A stretch of DNA of 64,000 nucleotides from Anaerolineales bacterium UBA3499 (lineage in GTDB: Bacteria; Chloroflexota; Anaerolineae; Anaerolineales; UBA11657): assembly GCA_002377585.1 (NCBI GenBank), contig DFQC01000051.1, positions 7,211-71,210 of the forward strand, in the 5' to 3' direction. The position numbers and the translations under genes are program-made. This document shows, one piece after another, positions 47,808 to 57,161 of this stretch; within the stretch, counting starts at the first letter, position 1; every line of letters begins with the position of its first letter. Below the pieces are notes generated by a model that saw nothing but the letters and a program-made list of their open reading frames with translations, did no database searches and was not told the DNA's origin.

Positions 47808-50117
47808 CTACAACCATTCACCAATTAATTGTATTTCTAACTCCAAATCAACATCGAAAAATTTACGAACAGTTCGCCGCGCTTTATTAATCAATCCTAC
47901 AACCTCTGTAGCACTAGCTCCTCCTAAATTAACAAAAAAGTTCGCATGTACTGTAGAAATCTCCGCTTTTCCTAAGCGAAAACCTTTTAGACCAGCTTTT
48001 TCAATCAATCGGCCAGCATAATCTCCAGGAGGATTCTTAAACATAGAACCAATGCTTGCACCTGGCGGTTGAGTTTCACGCCTATGCTGGATAAAACCTG
48101 ATGCTCGTGATCTAAGTGTTTCAGTATGAACTTGTTCAAGTACAAACTCAGCTCGCAACATAACTAAATCATCCTCACTAATTTTTAGATTGCTAGAGCG
48201 ATAGCTTAGACCTAGCTCAGGTAATGTCCAACTCTTTGTCCCTTTCCCGCGTTGCAAGATATCAGCCAAAAGTATGTTCGTCGATATATCACTACCATGA
48301 GCACCCGCATTGCCAACTACTGCTCCACCTACAGTTCCAGGCACAGAAACTGCCCATTCAAGTCCGCCTGCACCACGCTTTATACACATTCGAGCTAATG
48401 AAGCCAACATAGTACCAGACCCCACATTTACGTACATCTGCGATTGGTCTTGTTCAAACACTACACTTCTGGCTAGGTTATGAACCACTAATCCTCGTAC
48501 TCCTTTATCTGAGACAAGCAAGTTAGAACCGGACCCAAACACCAATACTGGTATTCCTGCTTCCCAACCTGTCTGAACTGCATCAGAAAGTTCATCTACT
48601 GATCTAGCTTGCACGAAATAATCAGCTGGGCCTCCTATTCGCGCAGACGTATAAGATGCCATTGATTCATTTTTTCTAAGTTTTTCTCCCAATTGTGCAA
48701 AAAGTAAATCTAGAGCATCACCACTCTGATAATTTCTGTAACACAGCATATTGAGAACACGTTCGCCAACCTTGTAACCATCACCCGCACTCATAGTAAC
48801 AAGCACGTCTCCCGAATTCATACCTGAAAAAATGAATCTAGCTGCTTCATTGATATCCCCAACATAATGAGCATCTGGGTGATCCATCAATTCGAGGATA
48901 TTTTTCGATGAAATGGTTCCATCATCTTTCTCCCGCGAAGCAAATATATCCGTTATGACCACATGATCGGCATCGTAAAAACTCGATGCTATTTCTGACG
49001 TCAGGGCATGTGTACGTGAGTAGGTGTGAGGCTGGAACAAAGCCCACAACTTCTTGTTAGGAAAGTGTAAACGTGCTGCACCAAGTGTTGCCTTGATTGC
49101 CATCGGATGATGTGCATAATCATCTACAATGGTAATGCCTGCTCTTTTACCCTTTATTTCAAAACGCCGTTTCACGCCTCTGAATTCTCGCAAAGCAGTT
49201 ACAATCTTTTCTATACTTAAGTCATAAAAATCGACTGCTGCTATAGCAGCCAGAACATTCATCACATTATGTTCACCTGCTAGGCAAGTATCTACATTTT
49301 TAACATATTGTTTACGAGTATTGACTAAAGAAAAACTACAGCCCCCGTTACTATTAACTCGTATGTTTTCACCTTTCCAATCAGCTTCATTTTGTAGTGC
49401 ATACGTCACCACAGGAATACCAGACTCTTTGGCCTTTTCTCCCAATTTACGGGCCAGTATGTCATCTTGATTAATGACAAGTCGACCTTCAATTGGAGTT
49501 AACATGGCAAATTCCCAAAACGCATCTTCTAAATCACCAAACGTACTATAACAATCGGGATGATCATAATCTATACTAGTAACAACACTGACTGTAGGGG
49601 ATAAACCCAGGAACATTCGATCATATTCATCCGCTTCTACTACAAATGGTTCACCTACATCATAACGAGCATTGGTATCTATTCCATTTACTGTCCCCCC
49701 CACTATAAATGTAGGTTTTAAAGCATTTTCAAGTAAGCAGAATGAAATAAGTGCTGTAGTTGTTGTCTTGCCATGACTTCCTGCTATGGCGCATCCTAAC
49801 TTAGTCTTCATCAAATTCCCTAATACATCTTGCCTTCTCAATACTTTTATATTTCTAGCAGCAGCTGCCACCAACTCAGGATTTGTTGATGGAACAGCAG
49901 ACGAAGCTATTACCACATCAGCACCCGAAATATTAGTAGCTTGATGACCGATATGAACAAGCACTCCAAGAGACTGTAATTTTTCGGTTATATCTGACTC
50001 ATAAAGATCTGAGCCACTCACGACATGCCCTCTTTCGTGCAACACCTTAGCAACAGCTGACAACCCAGCACCACCAATCCCTATGAAATGAATATGTTGA
50101 TTCAATATCATAAACAA
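47808..50117 (-). CDS. murC-murB: Fused UDP-N-acetylmuramate--L-alanine ligase / UDP-N-acetylenolpyruvoylglucosamine reductase
   Basis: MurC half: HFIGIGGAGLS, GSHGKTTT, EADEYD, DDYAHHP, FQPHTYSR. MurB half: RIGGPAD, GSGSNLL, PGTVGGA...NAGAHG, GSMFKNP, HANFFVN. Confidence 0.95.
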   Translation of the reverse strand: MFMILNQHIHFIGIGGAGLSAVAKVLHERGHVVSGSDLYESDITEKLQSLGVLVHIGHQATNISGADVVIASSAVPSTNPELVAAAARNIKVLRRQDVLGNLMKTKLGCAIAGSHGKTTTTALISFCLLENALKPTFIVGGTVNGIDTNARYDVGEPFVVEADEYDRMFLGLSPTVSVVTSIDYDHPDCYSTFGDLEDAFWEFAMLTPIEGRLVINQDDILARKLGEKAKESGIPVVTYALQNEADWKGENIRVNSNGGCSFSLVNTRKQYVKNVDTCLAGEHNVMNVLAAIAAVDFYDLSIEKIVTALREFRGVKRRFEIKGKRAGITIVDDYAHHPMAIKATLGAARLHFPNKKLWALFQPHTYSRTHALTSEIASSFYDADHVVITDIFASREKDDGTISSKNILELMDHPDAHYVGDINEAARFIFSGMNSGDVLVTMSAGDGYKVGERVLNMLCYRNYQSGDALDLLFAQLGEKLRKNESMASYTSARIGGPADYFVQARSVDELSDAVQTGWEAGIPVLVFGSGSNLLVSDKGVRGLVVHNLARSVVFEQDQSQMYVNVGSGTMLASLARMCIKRGAGGLEWAVSVPGTVGGAVVGNAGAHGSDISTNILLADILQRGKGTKSWTLPELGLSYRSSNLKISEDDLVMLRAEFVLEQVHTETLRSRASGFIQHRRETQPPGASIGSMFKNPPGDYAGRLIEKAGLKGFRLGKAEISTVHANFFVNLGGASATEVVGLINKARRTVRKFFDVDLELEIQLIGEWL

Positions 50118-50124
50118 ACCACCA

Positions 50125-50646
50125 TCAAATAAACACCACTACAATAAAGATAAATGCAATACCTAAACCAAAATATATATAAGGTGGGCCTACAAGCTCT
50201 GGTGGCATGTATTCCAACATATTCATCACACTATCAGATCCTGGTGGAAATATGCCTGCAACTGGATAGCCAGTCACGTGCAAATAATGCCATATTGTTC
50301 CTATAAGCAAGTACCCATTAATGACACCTAGAAACAATCCTAACAACATATCTTCAAGACGCTCACGACGAGCCTTGTCAGCAAACAAAGTCGCTACTAC
50401 CGGTGTCGAGTAACCAAAAAATGCGAGAAGAAACACGAATCCAGCACGTACTGAAAATTGTGTTAATGCAGTTTGTGATATCAAAGCTAATTGCACACCC
50501 GGCACATATTTCATGAGAATTGCATCCAAAAACAAGGCTAGAAATAAACTAAACAAAACTAATATTTCCTTTGCCCAACCTCGAAGAGCACCGATGACTC
50601 CAAAAAGCAAAAGATACATCCAGAACAGCACAGACAACGAAATCAT
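50125..50646 (-). CDS. CvpA-family membrane protein
   Basis: FGVIGALRGWAKE N-terminal pattern and LGLFLGVINGY, 4-5 TM segments. Confidence 0.75.
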   Translation of the reverse strand: MISLSVLFWMYLLLFGVIGALRGWAKEILVLFSLFLALFLDAILMKYVPGVQLALISQTALTQFSVRAGFVFLLAFFGYSTPVVATLFADKARRERLEDMLLGLFLGVINGYLLIGTIWHYLHVTGYPVAGIFPPGSDSVMNMLEYMPPELVGPPYIYFGLGIAFIFIVVVFI

Positions 50647-51773
50647 CTCGATCCCTCTGATGCCATAGATACGAGCTCTTTTGCAATACGTTCAGAACCT
50701 AAAGTCTGCGACAAACGTTTTGCAGCCTTGCTCATATCATTTAGTACAGACATATTGTCCACTAATCCGGTTACAATATCTGTCAGATCACTCTTTAGGT
50801 CATGGTCTTCAATACAAATTGCTGCACCTGAATCACTAAGTAACTGCGCATTTGAGTATTGATAACGCCAAGAATAAGGATAAGGTACCAATATTGCCGG
50901 CAATCCAAAAGCAGGAAATTCCCCAAGACATGAAGCACCCGCACGAGCAACCACCAGATCAGACGCACCAAGAGCTAATCCCATATCTTCATAAATGTAC
51001 GGAAAAATCCTATAATTTGATTTTGTTTCTAAATGTAAGCCATTCCATGCATCTTGTACTTCACTCCAACCGAGCTTTCCAGTCACATGAATAACTTGTA
51101 CCCCTTTAGCTACCCATTCATTAACAGAATTGACAACAGCCATATTAATGCTACGAGCTCCCAAGCTTCCGCCTACAACCAATATTGTCTTACGCGAACA
51201 ACTTATCCCAAAATGCTCCCTAGCTTTGGTAGTCGACACTTGCATATCACGCAACAATTCTGGTCTCAATGGATATCCTGTAACTATGGTTTTATTTTTC
51301 ATAAATTTGAAAAATTTCCGTGAAATTTCTGCAGTTATCAATACCCGCTTTGCAATCCTCGAAATCACGCGAACTGCTAGACCAGGCTCTACATCAGGCA
51401 AGTAAATAGCAACTGGTATTCTACGAAGCCATCCACACAGCACCACTGGGATAGCTGTATAACCACCTGTAACAAAAATAGCATTTGGTTTAAAGTGCGA
51501 TATCAAAGGCCAAGCCTGAATAGCACCTATCATAACCTTCCACAAACCTACACAAACTCCGACAAATCCTCTACCAACTACACCACCAGAATGAATTATC
51601 TCAATTTCAATTCCTGCCTTAATCACAATATCGCGCTCAATCCCACCTACTGAGCCAATCCACAGTAGATTCAAGTCACCGCTATTTAAACGGGACTCAC
51701 GCAAACTAGCGACGGCTGCCATTGCTGGGTAAACGTGCCCGCCTGTTCCACCAGCGCAAATCAATAATCGCAC
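50643..51773 (-). CDS. murG: MurG glycosyltransferase (GTG start 51773 preferred over 51806)
   Basis: GGTGGHVYPA, TGGY, TGYPLR, GGSLGA, RAGAS; GGAGAG SD. Confidence 0.95.
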   Translation of the reverse strand: MRLLICAGGTGGHVYPAMAAVASLRESRLNSGDLNLLWIGSVGGIERDIVIKAGIEIEIIHSGGVVGRGFVGVCVGLWKVMIGAIQAWPLISHFKPNAIFVTGGYTAIPVVLCGWLRRIPVAIYLPDVEPGLAVRVISRIAKRVLITAEISRKFFKFMKNKTIVTGYPLRPELLRDMQVSTTKAREHFGISCSRKTILVVGGSLGARSINMAVVNSVNEWVAKGVQVIHVTGKLGWSEVQDAWNGLHLETKSNYRIFPYIYEDMGLALGASDLVVARAGASCLGEFPAFGLPAILVPYPYSWRYQYSNAQLLSDSGAAICIEDHDLKSDLTDIVTGLVDNMSVLNDMSKAAKRLSQTLGSERIAKELVSMASEGSR

Positions 51774-52923
51774 GGCTCTCCCTATCAGGTCTAATTTCCA
51801 AATCATATCTGGAAATACTCATCAAAATTCCAATACCAGTTAAAGTCACCACTAGTGAAGAACCCCCATAACTAATAAGTGGCAAGGCATTTCCAGCAAA
51901 GGGTAATACTCCGAGTATCACTCCTATGTTGACTATAACTTCCATAGCAATCCAACCAGTCAGTCCACCTGCCAACAATTTACCAAAAGAATCTTGTACT
52001 CGTACAGCAATTAATACGCCACGCCAACAAAGCACTACAAAAAGCGCAACTACAATAAGACTACCTATAAGACCAAGCTCCTCGCCTATTACTGCAAAGA
52101 CGCTATCTGTATGAGGGACAGGCAAATATGAAAATTTTCCTGCACTTTTCCCTAAACCCACTCCAAAAATACCGCCATCAACAAAAGCAACAATAGCCTG
52201 ACGAACATGCCAGGAGCCCTCAGTGATGTCACGCAGACCAGCCATGTATTCTGCAATTCTTTGTTGTCCTGTAGGATAAAAATTTATCACTAGATATCCT
52301 ACAGATAATGCAATTAATAATGCTCCGGCAAGATGCACTATTGCTGCCCCGGCAAGAAAAAGCATTAGAACAGCAATTACAATTACAGTGGCCGCAGCAC
52401 TAATATCAGGCTGTAAAATTATTAATGTAGCAACAATACCTACCAAAATTGCAAATGGGGCAATACCATTCCAAAAATCCTTTAGTTTGTCCTGCTTGGA
52501 AGACATCCATACAGCCAAATATAATATTGTCACTAGTTTAGCTAACTCTGAAGGCTGATAAGAACCTGCAACCAAACCTCGATCGGCACCAATAAACAGC
52601 ACCAATACTAATACAGTAATAGTGGAAATCCCCATACCTATAGCTACTATTGGAATACGCAAATGACGATAATCTAAAAGAGCACAGCTTACTAGCGCTG
52701 CTATTCCAAACAATAAATGCCACAAATGCTTGTTCAACATTACAAAACGTGAACCATGCCAATTGTATGACAAATCAAATGTAGTAGAAAACACCATCAT
52801 GATGCCAAAAACCAACAATATTGCCGTCATCATAGCTAATATCCAATCTACCTGAGTGGTTCTTCCCTTGATTCTGCCTTGCTGAGCTTTGACAGCGTTG
52901 TCAGATGTTCCACTAGCAATCAT
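51706..52923 (-). CDS. ftsW: FtsW SEDS-family peptidoglycan polymerase
   Basis: QPSELAK, LQPDIS, HTDSVFAVIGEELG, PLISYGGSS. Confidence 0.95.
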   Translation of the reverse strand: MIASGTSDNAVKAQQGRIKGRTTQVDWILAMMTAILLVFGIMMVFSTTFDLSYNWHGSRFVMLNKHLWHLLFGIAALVSCALLDYRHLRIPIVAIGMGISTITVLVLVLFIGADRGLVAGSYQPSELAKLVTILYLAVWMSSKQDKLKDFWNGIAPFAILVGIVATLIILQPDISAAATVIVIAVLMLFLAGAAIVHLAGALLIALSVGYLVINFYPTGQQRIAEYMAGLRDITEGSWHVRQAIVAFVDGGIFGVGLGKSAGKFSYLPVPHTDSVFAVIGEELGLIGSLIVVALFVVLCWRGVLIAVRVQDSFGKLLAGGLTGWIAMEVIVNIGVILGVLPFAGNALPLISYGGSSLVVTLTGIGILMSISRYDLEIRPDRESRAIIDLRWWNRRARLPSNGSRR

Positions 52924-54416
52924 GATAAATTCACCACCAAGTCTCTATAACACTCTCCGCGCTCAATGGCATCTGAAAACTGATCATAACTTGTACATCC
53001 AGGAGCTAACAACACGACATCTCCTGGATTAGACAAAGTATGAGCAGCTTCTACTGCTTGCTCCATTCCTGCGGTTTCTAGTAAGTTAGTAATCACAGGA
53101 ATAGGATCAGAGTCTGCTGCTTCCCCGGCAGTCGACTCTTTTACAAGTCTTTCAGACCCTGATCCCTCATCCGCAAATTGGGTACCATACTGCTCGCCAA
53201 ATCGAGCACCTACCTCTAACTTAGATTCGTACCAGGCACCTTCTAACTCTCTTTTAATTGCTGGCGCAGCTTCTCCAAACAAAATAATATTCTTAACTCC
53301 AGATTGAATTTCTTGAGCAAGTACGTGCCACGGCAACTTTTTGTCTTTACCACCAAGCAATAGAATTACAGGATCATCGAAAGCCTTAAGAGCCGCAATA
53401 GTCCTATCAGGCGTTGTAGCCATAGTATCATTTACCCATCGAACTCCATTTACCTCAGTTATTAGTTCCATCCTATGTGGCACTCCATCAAAATCGCATA
53501 TTCCAGCTTGGATTGCATCAACTTCAATGCCAGCAGCAGCTGCCAATGCACTTGCTGCAATGACATTCATCAAATTATGAGCACCTAGCAAACCTACTTC
53601 CTGACATGGCAGTATTGAATTTGTCACTCCATCACGACGCAGCATAATTTTTTCATTTTCAATAAAGCACCCATCATCAAAGTTTGCATCCGAATTCATA
53701 CTAAACCCCCAACAATGACCATGAACTCGCTTGCTCATTCGCCTAGTAACTTCATTGTCCCAACCCAAAACTGCTATATCATCAGATTGCTGTCCGTCTA
53801 GAATATGTTCTTTAGCCATCACGTATTCTTGCATATTTGAATGCCTATCCAAATGGTTAGGAGACACATTCAGTACACCAGCTATATGAGGACTGGATGT
53901 CATAATTTCCAATTGAAAACTCGAAAGCTCCATTATTGCAATGTCCTGATCAGTCATTTCATGCATGTCAAGCAAAAGAGGATTGCCAACATTGCCGCCA
54001 ACCCATACATTCTTATAAGTTTGTGAAGCCGCTATAATTTTGCCTGTAAGTAATGTAGTCGTTGTTTTACCTGAAGAACCAGTAATACCAACAACTCTGC
54101 AGGGCAATTGTTCTAACACAAGCTGCGAATCATTGGATAAAGGTATACCCTTTGCACGTGCCTCCTGCAACAACGGTATATCCAGTGGTACTCCCCCTGA
54201 CACGAATATAATGTCTACGCCATCGAGAAGAGAAAGAGGATGTTCTCCTAGCACGAAGTTAATTGCATAAGAACTCAAATCTTGAATTGGTGTCGCAAGA
54301 TCTTCTGCACTTCTTAAATCCGTTGCTATCACGCTGGTATCTCCATCTGCCAAATGCTTAATTACAGCCATGCCTTGCCTAGCAAGACCTATAACAAGTG
54401 CATTTTGCCCAATCAT
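52920..54416 (-). CDS. murD: UDP-MurNAc-L-Ala--D-Glu ligase
   Basis: GITGSSGKTTT, GGNVG, ELSSFQL, NHLDRH, HRME, GGKDK, LLAPGCTSYDQF. Confidence 0.95.
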   Translation of the reverse strand: MIGQNALVIGLARQGMAVIKHLADGDTSVIATDLRSAEDLATPIQDLSSYAINFVLGEHPLSLLDGVDIIFVSGGVPLDIPLLQEARAKGIPLSNDSQLVLEQLPCRVVGITGSSGKTTTTLLTGKIIAASQTYKNVWVGGNVGNPLLLDMHEMTDQDIAIMELSSFQLEIMTSSPHIAGVLNVSPNHLDRHSNMQEYVMAKEHILDGQQSDDIAVLGWDNEVTRRMSKRVHGHCWGFSMNSDANFDDGCFIENEKIMLRRDGVTNSILPCQEVGLLGAHNLMNVIAASALAAAAGIEVDAIQAGICDFDGVPHRMELITEVNGVRWVNDTMATTPDRTIAALKAFDDPVILLLGGKDKKLPWHVLAQEIQSGVKNIILFGEAAPAIKRELEGAWYESKLEVGARFGEQYGTQFADEGSGSERLVKESTAGEAADSDPIPVITNLLETAGMEQAVEAAHTLSNPGDVVLLAPGCTSYDQFSDAIERGECYRDLVVNLS

Positions 54417-54444
54417 ACTAATCCTCTATCTCCCATCACAACTA

Positions 54445-54699
54445 TCAATTGTTGGGCTGATATTCTTGTATACTATCTGATGCAATTCCAACCCAAAAAT
54501 GATTAGGAAGTACATTAGCAGCAGTTTTAACTGACAGACCCTGAGGAGTACCAAAATCTTCAATCATCGTATCAGGATGCATATAACACACAGTAGGTTG
54601 ATCACCAAAACGTTTCTCATAATGACTCACTGCATTGTTGATCTTTTCTTTCAGTGATCTCTTTTCACCATCGTCAAACCATAACAATCCTATTTCCAT
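54445..54699 (-). CDS. Hypothetical 84 aa soluble protein inside the dcw cluster
   Basis: Strong AGGAGG SD; fills the mraY-murD gap; MEIGLLWFDD...PNHFWVG. Confidence 0.85.
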   Translation of the reverse strand: MEIGLLWFDDGEKRSLKEKINNAVSHYEKRFGDQPTVCYMHPDTMIEDFGTPQGLSVKTAANVLPNHFWVGIASDSIQEYQPNN

Positions 54700-54720
54700 A
54701 GTAACCTCCTATTTGTATAA

Positions 54721-55713
54721 CTAAAGTAATGCTAAAGCTACGCCAATCATGCCGGACAAAATTGATACTAACCAGAATCTCTGCACAACTTGTGTCTCAC
54801 TCCAACCCATTAGCTCAAAATGATGGTGTAGTGGCGCCATACGAAAAATCCTACGACCACCACTCCACTTGAAATACAACACTTGCATTGCCACAGATAA
54901 GGTCTCAGCTAACGGCACAATAGCTATAATTGGCAAAAGTAACCATTGGCCTGTCATAAGTGCTATGACTCCCAATAATGCCCCAAGTGACAGAGAGCCT
55001 GTATCTCCCATAAACAACTGTGCCGGATGAACGTTGAACCATAAAAATGCAAAAAGGGCACCAACCAGTGTGAAACAAAATCGCACGAGGAAAACTTGCC
55101 CCTGCAAAAGGGCTACAAATCCGAAAGCCATAAAGTTTGTGACCAAAACTAGTCCCGCCATACCGTCCAATCCATCAGTAATATTTACAGCGTTGGACGT
55201 ACCAACAATAATAAAGACACCTATGGGAATGTAAAATAAACCTATATCAACTTTACGAGGAAATCCAGGCAATGCCACACTATGTATGTCAAATGCAAAA
55301 TAAAGCACTAATACTGCACCAAGTGCAATTATCACTTGGGTAATCAGTTTATAACGAGCACTAATTCCCTCTCCTCTACGACCATTTCTTAACCCATACC
55401 AATCGTCCCACATGCCTAGCGCAGCAAATCCTACTAATACAGCCAATGGTAATAATATTGAACGTCCAGTAACAACTTTTGCGAGACTAACCAAGTTAAG
55501 TACTGCGGTAATCACCAGTACTGGTGCAATGACTAGCAAACCTCCCATAGTAGGAGTGCCGAGCTTGGAAAAATGTGTTTGAGGACCGTCAATCCTTATC
55601 TGCTTCCCAATTCTTAGTCGTCTGAGGACCTCTAATAAGGGGCCACCCCAAATTACCGTCATTACAAAAGTAATGCTAGCCAAAGTTAGCGAAAAAATTC
55701 CTTCAGGATTCAT
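54721..55713 (-). CDS. mraY: Phospho-MurNAc-pentapeptide transferase
   Basis: KLGTPTMGG, GMWDD, NAVNITDGLDG, FMGDTGSL, MAPLHHHFE. Confidence 0.96.
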   Translation of the reverse strand: MNPEGIFSLTLASITFVMTVIWGGPLLEVLRRLRIGKQIRIDGPQTHFSKLGTPTMGGLLVIAPVLVITAVLNLVSLAKVVTGRSILLPLAVLVGFAALGMWDDWYGLRNGRRGEGISARYKLITQVIIALGAVLVLYFAFDIHSVALPGFPRKVDIGLFYIPIGVFIIVGTSNAVNITDGLDGMAGLVLVTNFMAFGFVALLQGQVFLVRFCFTLVGALFAFLWFNVHPAQLFMGDTGSLSLGALLGVIALMTGQWLLLPIIAIVPLAETLSVAMQVLYFKWSGGRRIFRMAPLHHHFELMGWSETQVVQRFWLVSILSGMIGVALALL

Positions 55714-57149
55714 GCTAATATTTCCAAATCATTAACTAAACTATCAAGCCCCAAACCTCTGGAACCCTTTATTAAAACTACATCTCCACTACCAATATTA
55801 TTGGACAAATAATTTAATGCATGTTGGCTATCTCTACATTGAACTATTTCATTAGTGGTCATGCCTGCATTAAGAGCACCTTCTGCAATGAGAGAACCTA
55901 ACTCACCTACAGTGACCAGCAAATCAACCACATGACGTGCACGTGTTCCGACAGAAATATGACCTTGATATTCAAAAGGGCCTAGCTCTAACATATCCCC
56001 GAGAACGGCTATACGTTTGACCGCATCTAAGTCATCCAGCAAATTCAGAGCAGCAATAGTTGATTCTGGTGATGCGTTATAACTATCATCTAAAAGCATA
56101 CTTCCATGTGGGCCTGGAACTGCGTACAGACGCAATTGCGCCTGCCCATCTTGTGCCTGGAGACCTTCTAGAATTTCCTGCCAGGTTAGCCCTTCCACTA
56201 ATCCTACAGACGCAGCACGTAATGCCGTATGAACTGAATGTCTACCAAGAAGTGGAACACGTACATGCATAATGTCATCACCATAATGAACCTTAAACCT
56301 AATGCCATTTAATCCCATACTGTGGACATCTGATGCCCACAAATCTGCATTTGAATTTAAACCATAAGTAAATACACGTGATGACGCCTTTTCTCTCATA
56401 GCCATCACGATCGGTTCGTCGGCATTTAAGATGGATGTTCCCTCAGGTGCTTTGGGCAGGGCTTCTATTAGTTCTGATTTTCCAGCTGCTATATTATTGA
56501 GACTACCAGCTCGCTCTACATGCACAGGATATACGTTTGTTATCACTCCCACATGTGGAGAAGCTAGATCACAAAGAAATCGGATCTCCCCTCTGGTATA
56601 AAAACCCATCTCCAACACAGCATATTCATGTCTTTCTTGCAATGCCAACAAACTTAACGGAAGACCAATTTCATTGTTTAGATTGCCTTCAGACTTTAGA
56701 GTTTTGAATCTCTTAGATAAAACGGATGATGCGAGTTCCTTGGTGGTGGTTTTTCCAACGCTACCAGTAATACCTACGACTCGAACGTTCAACTGGTTAC
56801 GCCAATACTGTGCAAATCGCTGCAATGCTTTTAATGTGTCTGACACTCGCAAGCATACTGGTAATACTATGTGCTCTAACTGCTGTTCTATTGCACCAAC
56901 ATCTCTCAAGTCTAGACAAGCAAAATCACTTCCAATGTCATGTTCAACTAAAGCTGCTATAGCACCTCCACTAAATGCTTGTTTAACGTATTGATGCCCA
57001 TCATCTTTTTCTCCAGCCAAAGCCACAAATACTGCACCTTGGGTTGCCTGGCGCGAGTCAATCACTACATTACCAATTGTGTTGGACAGTGCATCATTAT
57101 CCAAATGTAATCCGGTCAGAGCAGTAACAGCTGTACCTAAACTCAACAT
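55710..57149 (-). CDS. murF: UDP-MurNAc-tripeptide--D-Ala-D-Ala ligase
   Basis: IDSRQ, GITGSVGKTTTK, NNEIGLP, DDSYNASP, LGDMLELG, KGSRG. Confidence 0.95.
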   Translation of the reverse strand: MLSLGTAVTALTGLHLDNDALSNTIGNVVIDSRQATQGAVFVALAGEKDDGHQYVKQAFSGGAIAALVEHDIGSDFACLDLRDVGAIEQQLEHIVLPVCLRVSDTLKALQRFAQYWRNQLNVRVVGITGSVGKTTTKELASSVLSKRFKTLKSEGNLNNEIGLPLSLLALQERHEYAVLEMGFYTRGEIRFLCDLASPHVGVITNVYPVHVERAGSLNNIAAGKSELIEALPKAPEGTSILNADEPIVMAMREKASSRVFTYGLNSNADLWASDVHSMGLNGIRFKVHYGDDIMHVRVPLLGRHSVHTALRAASVGLVEGLTWQEILEGLQAQDGQAQLRLYAVPGPHGSMLLDDSYNASPESTIAALNLLDDLDAVKRIAVLGDMLELGPFEYQGHISVGTRARHVVDLLVTVGELGSLIAEGALNAGMTTNEIVQCRDSQHALNYLSNNIGSGDVVLIKGSRGLGLDSLVNDLEILA

Positions 57150-57161
57150 TGTAGACTCATA

